A stretch of DNA of 26,177 nt from contig JBHLLG010000036.1 of assembly GCA_048885925.1 (NCBI GenBank), positions 1 through 26,177 on the forward strand, given 5' to 3'. The notes below the pieces were generated by a model. It saw nothing but the letters and a program-made list of their open reading frames with translations, was not told the DNA's origin and did not search any database. This stretch comes from Candidatus Hermodarchaeota archaeon (GTDB taxonomy: Archaea > Asgardarchaeota > Lokiarchaeia > Sigyniarchaeales > SOKP01). How positions within the stretch are numbered: position 1 is the first letter of the stretch; each line of letters opens with the position of its first letter. Positions 9,512 through 17,973 of the stretch are shown one piece after another. The position numbers and the translations under genes are program-made.

Positions 9512-10285
9512 TTGTGGGATTTGATTATTTATGTTACTTTAGCTGCAATATTTTTCTCTAGCATGATATATGGTATCATTGGATTTGGAGATGCTTTAAT
9601 TTTAATACCTATTATAACCCCAATTATTGGTATTAGAAATGCAGTGATACTAGTTAATATATGGGGAATATTTCCTGCTTTCCTCAACTTTATCAAATAT
9701 AGAAAATTCTTAGATAAAGGATATTTTTTCCGATTTCTCTCTTTAGGAATTCCCGCTACAATTTTTGGAACATATCTTATTATAAATATCCAGGTTGAAT
9801 GGATTGAATTAATCCTAGGAATCTTTATTTTATGTTATTCTTCTTTAAAACTTATAAAATATTTTTATAGTCCTGAAACTATCGAATTACAGAATGAAAT
9901 TAACACAACTTCTCCTATCATTTTTGTTGGTGGCTTTTCTTATGGTTTATTAACAGGATTGATTAGTGCTGCTGGACCTATCAATGTAGCGTTATTAGAA
10001 AAGACGGGTCACTATCGTGAAAGTTTTATAGAAAACTTCGGGGCAATTGGGACAATCTTATCGATCTCAAGAATCCCATTTTATTTTATCGGAAATCTCT
10101 TTCCATACGAGTTAATTTTAGTATTCATATTTGCCTTCCCGATAATATTCCTTGGTACAAAACTCGGTCATCAGATAACACCTAAAATTTCGGTAAAGAA
10201 ATTTCAGATTATTATCTTCTGCTTTCTTATAGTAATTAGCTTAAGATCTATTTTTTTGTCAATATTGAGCTTGATTGATATATAA
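9512..10285 (+). CDS. TauE/SafE-family (TSUP) membrane transporter
   Basis: About eight TM segments with two repeats of G..GFG / GL..AAGP and LG.P...FG; 257 aa; TTG start. Confidence 0.85.
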   Translation: MWDLIIYVTLAAIFFSSMIYGIIGFGDALILIPIITPIIGIRNAVILVNIWGIFPAFLNFIKYRKFLDKGYFFRFLSLGIPATIFGTYLIINIQVEWIELILGIFILCYSSLKLIKYFYSPETIELQNEINTTSPIIFVGGFSYGLLTGLISAAGPINVALLEKTGHYRESFIENFGAIGTILSISRIPFYFIGNLFPYELILVFIFAFPIIFLGTKLGHQITPKISVKKFQIIIFCFLIVISLRSIFLSILSLIDI

Positions 10286-10416
10286 AAGTTTTAATGAATA
10301 AAAATATTATTCGAAGATACTCCATAACCTTATCAAAAGTTAACCTCAAATATCTATAAGAATTATTAAAACATATAAATTATTTAATGATATAATAACA
10401 AATATAAATAATCCAA

Positions 10417-10878
10417 GTGAAAAAAATGAAAAAATCAAACCTAGAGATTGGGTCATGGTTTATACTTTTTTTGGGAATATACACAACAGTTATAGCTCTT
10501 CTTTGGATATTTGTTACGGAAATCATGTTTGTAAGTGATTTTAAATGGTACACAGGGCAAGCATTTCCTGATTATTTAGAAAGTAATCCTGATTTTGCTA
10601 AAATATATATTATCAATAAGAAATTAATTGGATTTATGCTACTCACTATAGGTCTTTTAATTCTTTTAATAAATCAATATGCTTATCGAAAAGGTGAAAA
10701 ATGGTCGTGGTTTGCGATCTTCATAGCAGGAAGTATAGCATGGGGAACTTTTATAATTTATAAAATAGTAATTGGATATATTGGAGTCAGTATGATTACT
10801 TTTGCTCTTGGTGCTGCACTTGTATTTTTAGGAATAATATTCCCAATTAAGGAAATCTTCGGTAAAAAGACAGAATAA
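10417..10878 (+). CDS. Hypothetical 4-TM membrane protein
   Basis: Four hydrophobic segments and AYRKGEKWSW loop; T-tract right after stop; alternative ATG at 10426. Confidence 0.75.
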   Translation: MKKMKKSNLEIGSWFILFLGIYTTVIALLWIFVTEIMFVSDFKWYTGQAFPDYLESNPDFAKIYIINKKLIGFMLLTIGLLILLINQYAYRKGEKWSWFAIFIAGSIAWGTFIIYKIVIGYIGVSMITFALGAALVFLGIIFPIKEIFGKKTE

Positions 10879-10986
10879 TTTTTTTTTATTATTGAAAAAA
10901 ATTTTCAATAAAAATCTTCTATATAAGAAATTAATCATATAATAATCAAGAGGATAATTGAAATAGAATCATTTTGTTGATTAAAA

Positions 10987-12177
10987 ATGCTTGATATTAA
11001 CAATATTAGATATATTTGTGTAGTTGGAGCAGGGATAATGGGGCATGGTATTGCTCAAGTGTCTCTAATGGCTGGTTATACTGTCACTTTAATTGATTTA
11101 AAAGAAGAAATCGTAGATTATGGACTTAAAAAAATTGAAGAAGGTTTAGAAAAAATTAAAACTAAGAGCAAGCTAGGAGAAAGTATCTCCATTGATGATC
11201 TTATGAGAAAATGTAAAAAATCAATAGATCTAGTTTCTGCAGTCAAGGATGCTGATTTTGTATTTGAAGCGGTTGTAGAAAAAATGGAAATTAAAAAAAA
11301 AGTGTGTAACACAGTAATGCAATATTCACCCTCTCATTGTATTTTCGCCTCAAATACATCAACATTTAGAATAACTGAAATTGCAGACAATTCAAAAAGA
11401 CCCGAACAGGTTATTGGAATGCATTTTTTTCCACCAGTAGCTACTCAATGTTGTGTCGAAGTAATGAAAGGTGAAAAAACTCTTGATAAAGTCTTAGATA
11501 TAGGTGTAACTCTTGGTGAAAAATTACCCTGTACTAAAGGAAAAAGGCTTTCAGTACGAATTGAAAAGGAAAGTCCAGGATTTATTGCTAATAGATTATT
11601 AATTCCTTCACTTTTATATACCAATTGGATTTTTGATCAAGCGTATGAAAAGAATATTCCATGGGAACAGATTGATGCTGATGCTGGAGCAGGACAACTA
11701 ATCCCAATGGGCCCATGTCAATTAGCTGATTATCTTGGGATAGATGCTAGTTATAATAGTATGAAGAGTTATGAAAAATATATATCACCTGAATTTACTC
11801 CAGGTAAAGTGCTTACTAAACTCATAAATGAAGAAAATTTAGGAAAGAAGACAGGAAAAGGCTTTTATGATTGGACAAAAGGGACTCCAAAAATAAATTT
11901 AAGTAAAAAGGCTGGTTTATTTAATTCTGAAATTTTATTAGCAATTCAACTAAATGAAGGTTGTAAGCTTTTGGAAGAGGAAATTGTTTCTGGTTATAAA
12001 ATTATAGATGATGTTATGTTAAAAGGAACTAGTATGCCTGGCCCCTTTAGTGCTGGTAGGCATAATTTCGAAAGTTGGTCTAAATTGCTAGAAGATATCG
12101 CAGAAAAGATCGGAAAAGATTATCTTAAACCCTGTAAACTAATGAAATCTGGAGATTTCGTAAAAATGAGAAGATAA
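10987..12177 (+). CDS. 3-hydroxyacyl-CoA dehydrogenase (NAD-binding domain plus two C-terminal domains)
   Basis: VVGAGIMGHGIA, EAVVEK, FASNTS, GMHFF, PGFIANR, PMGP..LAD.LG.D, LGKKTGKGFYD, second helical repeat ending in MPGPF. Confidence 0.94.
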   Translation: MLDINNIRYICVVGAGIMGHGIAQVSLMAGYTVTLIDLKEEIVDYGLKKIEEGLEKIKTKSKLGESISIDDLMRKCKKSIDLVSAVKDADFVFEAVVEKMEIKKKVCNTVMQYSPSHCIFASNTSTFRITEIADNSKRPEQVIGMHFFPPVATQCCVEVMKGEKTLDKVLDIGVTLGEKLPCTKGKRLSVRIEKESPGFIANRLLIPSLLYTNWIFDQAYEKNIPWEQIDADAGAGQLIPMGPCQLADYLGIDASYNSMKSYEKYISPEFTPGKVLTKLINEENLGKKTGKGFYDWTKGTPKINLSKKAGLFNSEILLAIQLNEGCKLLEEEIVSGYKIIDDVMLKGTSMPGPFSAGRHNFESWSKLLEDIAEKIGKDYLKPCKLMKSGDFVKMRR

Positions 12178-12217
12178 TTTAGAATATTAAATTTTTCCAA
12201 TATTTTAAAAAAAAAGA

Positions 12218-12309
12218 TTAAAGCAATCCCATATATCTTTGAATTTGTGATTGGATAAGAAGTAGTTGGATATTGCGTGCACCACCAATAACTTCTTCTA
12301 TTTTACTTA
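12218..12309 (-). pseudogene. Detached 3'-end copy of the acyl-CoA dehydrogenase gene (direct repeat A1, att-like)
   Basis: 86/92 identical to 13219-13310; encodes SKIEEVIGGARNIQLLLIQSQIQRYMGLL*; followed on the - strand by a T9 tract (12207-12215). Confidence 0.95.
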
Positions 12310-12443
12310 GGTTAATAGAAGTATTTATTGAGTTAATCTTTATAATTTTGACACAAAGGTATAAAAATAATGAAATCATTATAGTATTTACATTGTTATA
12401 AAAAATGTAATTAAACCAAAAAATATTATAATAGAGGGTTAGA

Positions 12444-12989
12444 ATGAAAAAGCAAACAGTTACAAAAATATTAATAAGTATGGTATTTCTGATAGGTATA
12501 TCAGGAATTATGATCCCCGCTTCAGCGCAGCAAACTACTACAGTATATATCACTTTTAATGTGGAATTTACTATATATACACCTCAGGGGAATGTATTAG
12601 CTCATGTTTACACTACGGTTACCGATTTACCGTTTTTGAAAACTGGGGGTGCATATCATAGAGATAATATATGGCCTTTAATACCTTGGTTATACCCAAG
12701 CGACATCAGCGGGTCACCAGTAATTATATCTCAAGGCCAATTCCACTGTTGGCTGAGTTTTATGTCGCACTGGCCTGAACCACCCCTTCCGCTCGTTCAA
12801 AAATTTTGGGGAGATTTGACTATCATTGATGATCAAACGATGATGGGTAATTATTTCGACCTTGGATATGTAATTAGTGAAGAATTTCCAGAGGCTTTTC
12901 ATATTCCGGGTTGGATGATTCCGGTGCAAATTGGTAACACAGATATTTGGTATCTAGGATATACTGAATACATCGTTAGTTCTGTGTAA
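12444..12989 (+). CDS. Hypothetical secreted protein (cassette cargo)
   Basis: Signal peptide MKKQTVTKILISMVFLIGISGIMIPASA|QQ; GAGGGT RBS; Trp/Pro-rich mature region; several CCG/GCG/ACG/TCG codons, unlike neighbours; no family recognised. Confidence 0.8.
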   Translation: MKKQTVTKILISMVFLIGISGIMIPASAQQTTTVYITFNVEFTIYTPQGNVLAHVYTTVTDLPFLKTGGAYHRDNIWPLIPWLYPSDISGSPVIISQGQFHCWLSFMSHWPEPPLPLVQKFWGDLTIIDDQTMMGNYFDLGYVISEEFPEAFHIPGWMIPVQIGNTDIWYLGYTEYIVSSV

Positions 12990-13071
12990 AACTAACATAT
13001 GAAATTTTACCAATTAATTAAATATAAAACAGAACTCAATAGAAAATTGTTCAGGAGTTAATTTGTTTAAA

Positions 13072-13084
13072 TTTTTTTTTTTTT
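13072..13084 (+). terminator. T13 tract, probable archaeal intrinsic terminator of the cargo gene
   Basis: 13 consecutive T about 80 bp after the stop at 12989. Confidence 0.45.
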
Positions 13085-13218
13085 ATTGTATAATTTTACA
13101 ATTTTTAGAATAATCATATAATAGAGAGAAATACGAAAAATGTATTATTTTATCTTTAATATGAAATAAAAAAAAGTTTTATTTAATGATTTAAAGATTA
13201 TATATTATACTAATAAGC

Positions 13219-13310
13219 TTAGAGCATTCCTATGTACCTTTGAATTTGTGATTGGATAAGAAGTAGTTGGATATTGCGTGCACCACCAATAACTTCCTCT
13301 ATTTTACTTA
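13219..13310. repeat. Direct repeat A2 (functional ACAD 3' end)
   Basis: Partner of 12218-12309; offset 1001 bp. Confidence 0.95.
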
Positions 13311-14478
13311 CGTCACATAACTCATCTACAGGTGTATTATCTGTAACCGAGACTCCGCCCATATGTTGTTGTACTTCATAACATAATTCGTGTGTAAGTT
13401 TAGCTAAATAATATTTACCCTGAGAAGAAATCGATGCAACCCATTTTTCTGCTTCTTTAGAGGGTTTTTCGGTAAATAGAATTTTTTCATCATACACAGT
13501 TGCAGCTTGCAGAGCTAAAGCGGTTGCTGCATTAGATTTTGTTAGTAGATCTGCTAACCCATAGCCAACGCCTTGATATCTAATTACAGGCATACCAAAT
13601 TGTTTCCTTAAATTTGTATAGATTATGCCATATATTAATCCAGCCCAACAAATTCCAACACCACTGCCCATAATAGAAAGTCTTTCAGGAACTAAACCTT
13701 CAAACAATCTTTTATATCCAAGACCATCATCTGCAAGTACATAATCCTTAGGTACTAAGACATTATCTAATATAGTATGTGATATCTGGACTCTTGGAAC
13801 AGAATTAATTTTTAAACGTTCAGTTTTTACACCAAATTCACGAGCAATAAGTGCTTGAACCATAGTATCTCTAGGATTTTTTTCATCATATACACCATAA
13901 CACGCAAAATAGTCAGCTATCGCTCCATTGGTAGTATAGACTTTTTCTCCGTTAAAAATAACCCCGTCATCAGTTTTTGTGCATTTAGTCGTGAGGTTGA
14001 CAGCATCAGAGCCTCTTTCAGGTTCAGTAATACCAATACAACCAACTTTTTCTCCTGATAAAAGCTCATCCTGTACTTTTAGTGGTATATTAGATTCTCC
14101 TCCATGAGAGTAATAATGAAATGTAGGGTTACCACATAGAATTCCGGTTGCTACTCGAGATAATTCTAATTGTGGATCTAAAAGCGAAATATGTGTACCT
14201 AATAATATTTCTTTTTTCATTCCATATGGTTTAAAATCTTTCCAGGGATTAATTCGTTGGATATAACCGTGTTTTCCAAGCTCCGGAAGTAGACTATAAA
14301 CATCCTTTGATTTATCGATCTTAGGATGTAATTCTAAGCAAAATGCTTGAAGTTGGTTGCAGTATTCTTGTTCTTCATTATTTAGCATTGGAAAAATATT
14401 ATCATTAAAAATTTTGAAGACATTTTCCAATGACATCTTTTCAAGAATTTGGTCATCTATAATTTTCTCTTGAAACAT
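13219..14478 (-). CDS. Acyl-CoA dehydrogenase
   Basis: GCIGITEPERGSDA, FNGEKVYTTNG, RKQFGMPVIRYQGV, QQHMGG, IEEVIGGARNIQ. Confidence 0.94.
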   Translation of the reverse strand: MFQEKIIDDQILEKMSLENVFKIFNDNIFPMLNNEEQEYCNQLQAFCLELHPKIDKSKDVYSLLPELGKHGYIQRINPWKDFKPYGMKKEILLGTHISLLDPQLELSRVATGILCGNPTFHYYSHGGESNIPLKVQDELLSGEKVGCIGITEPERGSDAVNLTTKCTKTDDGVIFNGEKVYTTNGAIADYFACYGVYDEKNPRDTMVQALIAREFGVKTERLKINSVPRVQISHTILDNVLVPKDYVLADDGLGYKRLFEGLVPERLSIMGSGVGICWAGLIYGIIYTNLRKQFGMPVIRYQGVGYGLADLLTKSNAATALALQAATVYDEKILFTEKPSKEAEKWVASISSQGKYYLAKLTHELCYEVQQHMGGVSVTDNTPVDELCDVSKIEEVIGGARNIQLLLIQSQIQRYIGML

Positions 14479-14504
14479 TTTTTCATCAATTTAATTATTA
14501 TTGT

Positions 14505-14573
14505 TAAAAATTTTAATGACGTTATATTAATTAGTCTAAATTTTTTATTCCAATTAAATCTTTAAGATTAAAT
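14505..14573. repeat. Direct repeat B1 (69 bp, upstream/promoter region of ACAD)
   Basis: 65/69 identical, ungapped, to 18003-18071; contains AATCTT-T-AAGATT palindrome; lies 27-95 bp upstream of the ACAD ATG. Confidence 0.92.
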
Positions 14574-16105
14574 ATTGCTAAATACTAAGGAATTAATCTC
14601 AAAAGAAAATAAAATATGTTTTTAAACCAAATATGCATGAATAGAATATTTAAAAAAAGATAATTTTGAGTTGTACTACCTTAACTATTTCTACCATCTC
14701 TAATTTTTGACATTCCAGAATCTCATAATTAGGAATATTTTTCTTTAAATGATTGATAGAAACTTAACTGACATTCTTCTTCAGATAATTAAAAAGTTTT
14801 TAAATTCCCGAAATGTCATGTTAATTTGACAAAATTAGTATTTTATAGGATTCTTTATAAAGGATCGTAATAGCAATTGTTATAATTTATTATAAGATAT
14901 TATGAAACTTAATAAATATATGAAAAAGAAGCTGGAGAAAAATCATTGTTTTTATCCTAAATTTTATTCCAGTTAAAATTGTTTTTATTATTTTAATTTT
15001 AGATATTGATGTTCTGGATGGAATTATCGATCATGAATGTAGTATTAATCGATAATTAGAATATATAAAATGGGATATGTGAAAAAGTTATGAAACAAAC
15101 AAAAGAACAAGAATATAAAGTAGAATTAGAACTAGAAGAAAGAAAAGAAGCAAGCAAAATAAAAAGAATTCTCTCATGGATTATCCATAATCCGAAATTT
15201 CTTCTCATACCAGGTTATAGGCTAGAGGAATTATCTATTCGCGAATGTGAATATGAAAAAACGATAAGTAAAAGAAAGTTTATACAAAGATTAAAATCTC
15301 CATTAACGATATTAGGAATTTTAATCTTTTTTATGATTTCAACTTTCGCTATTTTCCCGGAATGGTTGTCTCAATATACATTTGAAGAAGCTAATGGTTT
15401 ATATTTTGGTGAATGGAAACCAGCATCTCTAGAACATCCCCTCGGCACCACAGATTTTGGGCGTGATATTTTAGCAAGGCTAATTTATGGGGCAAGGGGT
15501 TCTTTAACCATTGCTTTACCGTCTATTGGTTTTAGTGCTGTCGTTGGCGTAGTATTAGGGATTATTGCTGGATATTACGGAGGATCGGTCGATTCATTAA
15601 TAATGAGAATAACGGATGTCTTCCTTGCATTTCCGGGTCTGATCCTTGCGCTTGTATTTATAGCAATTTGGGGTCCAAGGATGGAATGCATAATGCTAGC
15701 TTTTGGAATTCTCGGTGTTCCTTGCTATTCACGGTTAATTCGAGGAGTAGTATTGCAAGCTCGAGAATTACCCTATATTGAAGCCGCAAGAGCATCTGGA
15801 TCCGGAAATTGGAGAATAATATTTAGACACATCTTTCCAAATACTATTCAACCAATCATTATTTCTCTTTCATTCAATAGTGGTGGAGTCATTTTAGCTT
15901 TAGCAGGTCTTGCCTTTCTGGGTTATAGTGACATCAGATTAATTGAATGGGGAAATGACTTAAATGATGCACGACTTCACTTATATGATGCTCCTTGGGC
16001 AGCATTTTGGCCAGGTTTTATGATCTTTATTACTGTACTTGGTTTTATGTTAGTTGGAGATGGATTAAGGGATGCTTTCGATCCGAGATTAAAGAATTTA
16101 TAAAA
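14574..16105 (+). repeat. Duplicated unit D1: ~516-bp non-coding leader + dppC
   Basis: Collinear with ~16421-17954 over the whole leader (e.g. AAAAGAAAATAAAAT, AGTTGTACTACCTTA, TTTGACATTCC, GTCATGTTAATTTGACA, GATATGTGAAAAAGTTATG) and the CDS. Confidence 0.93.
15090..16103 (+). CDS. dppC: Peptide/nickel ABC transporter permease DppC/OppC-like, copy 1
   Basis: HPLGTTDFGRDILARLIYGAR, EAA loop YIEAARASG, RHIFPN, GDGLRDAFDPR; ~60-aa charged N-terminal extension. Confidence 0.92.
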   Translation: MKQTKEQEYKVELELEERKEASKIKRILSWIIHNPKFLLIPGYRLEELSIRECEYEKTISKRKFIQRLKSPLTILGILIFFMISTFAIFPEWLSQYTFEEANGLYFGEWKPASLEHPLGTTDFGRDILARLIYGARGSLTIALPSIGFSAVVGVVLGIIAGYYGGSVDSLIMRITDVFLAFPGLILALVFIAIWGPRMECIMLAFGILGVPCYSRLIRGVVLQARELPYIEAARASGSGNWRIIFRHIFPNTIQPIIISLSFNSGGVILALAGLAFLGYSDIRLIEWGNDLNDARLHLYDAPWAAFWPGFMIFITVLGFMLVGDGLRDAFDPRLKNL

Positions 16106-16172
16106 TCGTTTTTCATTAGTGGAGAGTCATTTAGTCAATTTTGATAGTTTTGATAATTTAGAAGATACAGAG

Positions 16173-16201
16173 AAAATATTAAAAAATTAATTTTTAGTGG
16201 T
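16173..16201. repeat. Short relic matching the 3' tip and terminator of the ABC ATPase at 18141-18170
   Basis: AAAATATTAAAAAA-TTAATTTTTAGTGGT vs AAAATTTTAAAAAAGTTAATTTTTAGTGGT (one mismatch, one indel; 15-bp exact core = TTKN* codons). AT-rich, so moderate support. Confidence 0.55.
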
Positions 16202-16255
16202 TAAGGAAAAAGAGGAATTTTGGTTAATTAAAATATGATCTTATAGTAAATTCCT

Positions 16256-16430
16256 TTATTTGAAATATTTATCAATAAAAGCCATTACTTTATTTATTTC
16301 TTCTAAAGGAGTATCTACACTGTTAAAAGTATAGAAACTAACTTCTGGATCTGTTCTACTTAGTCTGAAATATAGAATCGAATTTGAGCTTTTTTAGTTG
16401 TTAGATATCTATCATATTATTATTATCTAA
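16256..16430 (-). pseudogene. Decayed 3'-end fragment of the phosphohexomutase gene (direct repeat C1)
   Basis: About 137/174 nt (~79%) identical to 24121-24294 plus a 1-bp insertion; reads LDNNNMIDI*QLK/SSNSILYFRLSRTDPEVSFYTFNSVDTPLEEINKVMAFIDKYFK* vs SDNNDMIDIYQLKSNDSTLYFRPSGTGPEVRFYIFGNVETHLEEIQKVMEYIGNNYK*. Not in the ORF track. Confidence 0.93.
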
Positions 16431-17954
16431 TACTAATAATTTGATCTAAAAAGAAAATAAAATGTGTCATTAAATTTAACAGATACATAGAGAATATAAA
16501 AAAAATAATTTTTAGTTGTACTACCTTAGCTATTTTTATAATCTCTCACTTTTGACATTCCATAATCTCATAAATAGGATTTTTATTCTTTATATGATTG
16601 ATAATAACTTAATTGACATTCTTATTTTGATAATTAAAAGATTTTTTAACTGTTGAATTCAAAGTCATGTTAATTTGACAGAACTAGAATTTAACAAGAT
16701 TCTTTATAAATGATAATAATAGCTATTGTTACAATTCAATAAAAGATATTATGAAACTTAAAATATATATGAAAAGGAAGCCGGAGAAAAATTATTATCT
16801 ATATCCTAAATTTTATTCAAACCAAAATGGTCTTTATTAGTATAAATTTTGGTATTGAAGTTCTGTATGCAATTATTGACTACGATTATGATATTAATTA
16901 ATAATTAAAATAGATAAAATGAGATATGTGAAAAAGTTATGAAACAAACAAAAGAACAAGAATATGAATTAGAATTAGAACTAGAAGAAAGAAAAGAACA
17001 AGGTATTATAATTAGTACGCTCTCATGGATTATCCATAATCTGAAATTTCTTTTTATACCGGGTTATAGGCTTGAAGAATTATCTATTCGGGAATTTGAA
17101 TATGAAAAAACGATAAGCAAAAGAAAGTTTATACAAAGATTAAAATCTCCATTAACCATTTTAGGTATTTTGATCGTTTTTTTTATTTCAACTTTCGCCA
17201 TTTTTCCGGAATGGCTTTCTCAATATACATTTGAAGAAGCTAATGGTGTATTTTATGGCGCATGGCAACCTGCCTCCCCAGAACATCTCCTCGGTACTAC
17301 GGATTTTGGACGCGACATTTTAGCAAGGCTTATTTATGGGGCAAGAGCGTCTTTAACCATTGCTTTACCGTCTATTGGCTTTAGTGTAATTCTTGGCGTT
17401 ATATTCGGTGTTATTTCTGGATATTACGGAGGATGGATTGATTCATTAATAATGAGAATAATGGATATCTTTCTTGCGTTCCCAGGCCTGATCCTTGCTC
17501 TTGTATTTGTTGCAATTTGGGGCCCAAGAATGGAATATATAATGTTAGCTTTTGGAGTTTTAGGTGTACCGTTTTATTCACGGCTAATTCGAGGGGTAGT
17601 CTTACAAGCGCGAGAATTGCCTTATATTGAAGCTGCAAGAACATCAGGATCAGGAAATTGGAGAATTATGTTTCGACATATCCTTCCAAATACTATACAA
17701 CCTATCATTATTTCTCTTACATTCAATATCGGTGGAGTTATTTTAGCTCTAGCAGGTCTTGCCTTTCTGGGTTATAGCGACATCAGATTAATTGAATGGG
17801 GAAATGACATAAATGATGCACGGCTCCATTTATATGATGCACCTTGGGCGGCACTTTGGCCTGGCTTTATGATCCTTATTGCTGTGCTTGGTTTCATGTT
17901 AGTTGGTGATGGATTAAGAGATGCGTTAGATCCGAGATTAAAGAATTTATAAAA
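16421..17954 (+). repeat. Duplicated unit D2: ~516-bp non-coding leader + dppC
   Basis: Second copy of 14574-16105; left edge coincides with the end of the mutase relic. Confidence 0.93.
16939..17952 (+). CDS. dppC: Peptide/nickel ABC transporter permease DppC/OppC-like, copy 2
   Basis: Same motifs and length (337 aa) as copy 1; about 46 substitutions (~86% aa identity) by manual count. Confidence 0.93.
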   Translation: MKQTKEQEYELELELEERKEQGIIISTLSWIIHNLKFLFIPGYRLEELSIREFEYEKTISKRKFIQRLKSPLTILGILIVFFISTFAIFPEWLSQYTFEEANGVFYGAWQPASPEHLLGTTDFGRDILARLIYGARASLTIALPSIGFSVILGVIFGVISGYYGGWIDSLIMRIMDIFLAFPGLILALVFVAIWGPRMEYIMLAFGVLGVPFYSRLIRGVVLQARELPYIEAARTSGSGNWRIMFRHILPNTIQPIIISLTFNIGGVILALAGLAFLGYSDIRLIEWGNDINDARLHLYDAPWAALWPGFMILIAVLGFMLVGDGLRDALDPRLKNL

Positions 17955-17973
17955 ATATTTTTTTTTATTATTT

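Larger units (their letters stand above)
12310..13310. mobile_element. Putative 1001-bp integrase-less insertion (cassette) at the ACAD 3' end
   Basis: Bounded by 92-bp direct repeats made of the gene's 3' end; carries one orphan gene with its own upstream region and T-tract. Mobility is inferred. Confidence 0.6.

Noticed and set aside
12218-12553. 111-aa ORF as a real gene
   Set aside because: Chimera of the antisense of the cargo gene, AT-rich spacer and the ACAD 3' relic; only the last 29 codons are gene-like.
10932-13123. 13-bp match TAATCATATAATA at 10932 and 13111, and ATACTAATAA at 13207 and 16430
   Set aside because: Short, almost purely A/T matches that could arise by chance or as generic promoter-like sequence at this composition.
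12218-13310. DGR template/variable repeat pair
   Set aside because: Mismatches are not adenine-specific (A/G, T/C, G/A, T/A), are mostly synonymous, and no reverse transcriptase is present.
14512-14541. Xer dif site
   Set aside because: Only one arm resembles the consensus; no inverted partner arm at 6-bp spacing.
14902-14976. Short uORF in both dppC leaders (MKLNKYMKKKLEKNHCFYPKFYSS / MKLKIYMKRKPEKNYYLYPKFYSNQNGLY)
   Set aside because: Differences are mostly non-synonymous and the stop positions differ, so there is no sign of protein-level selection.
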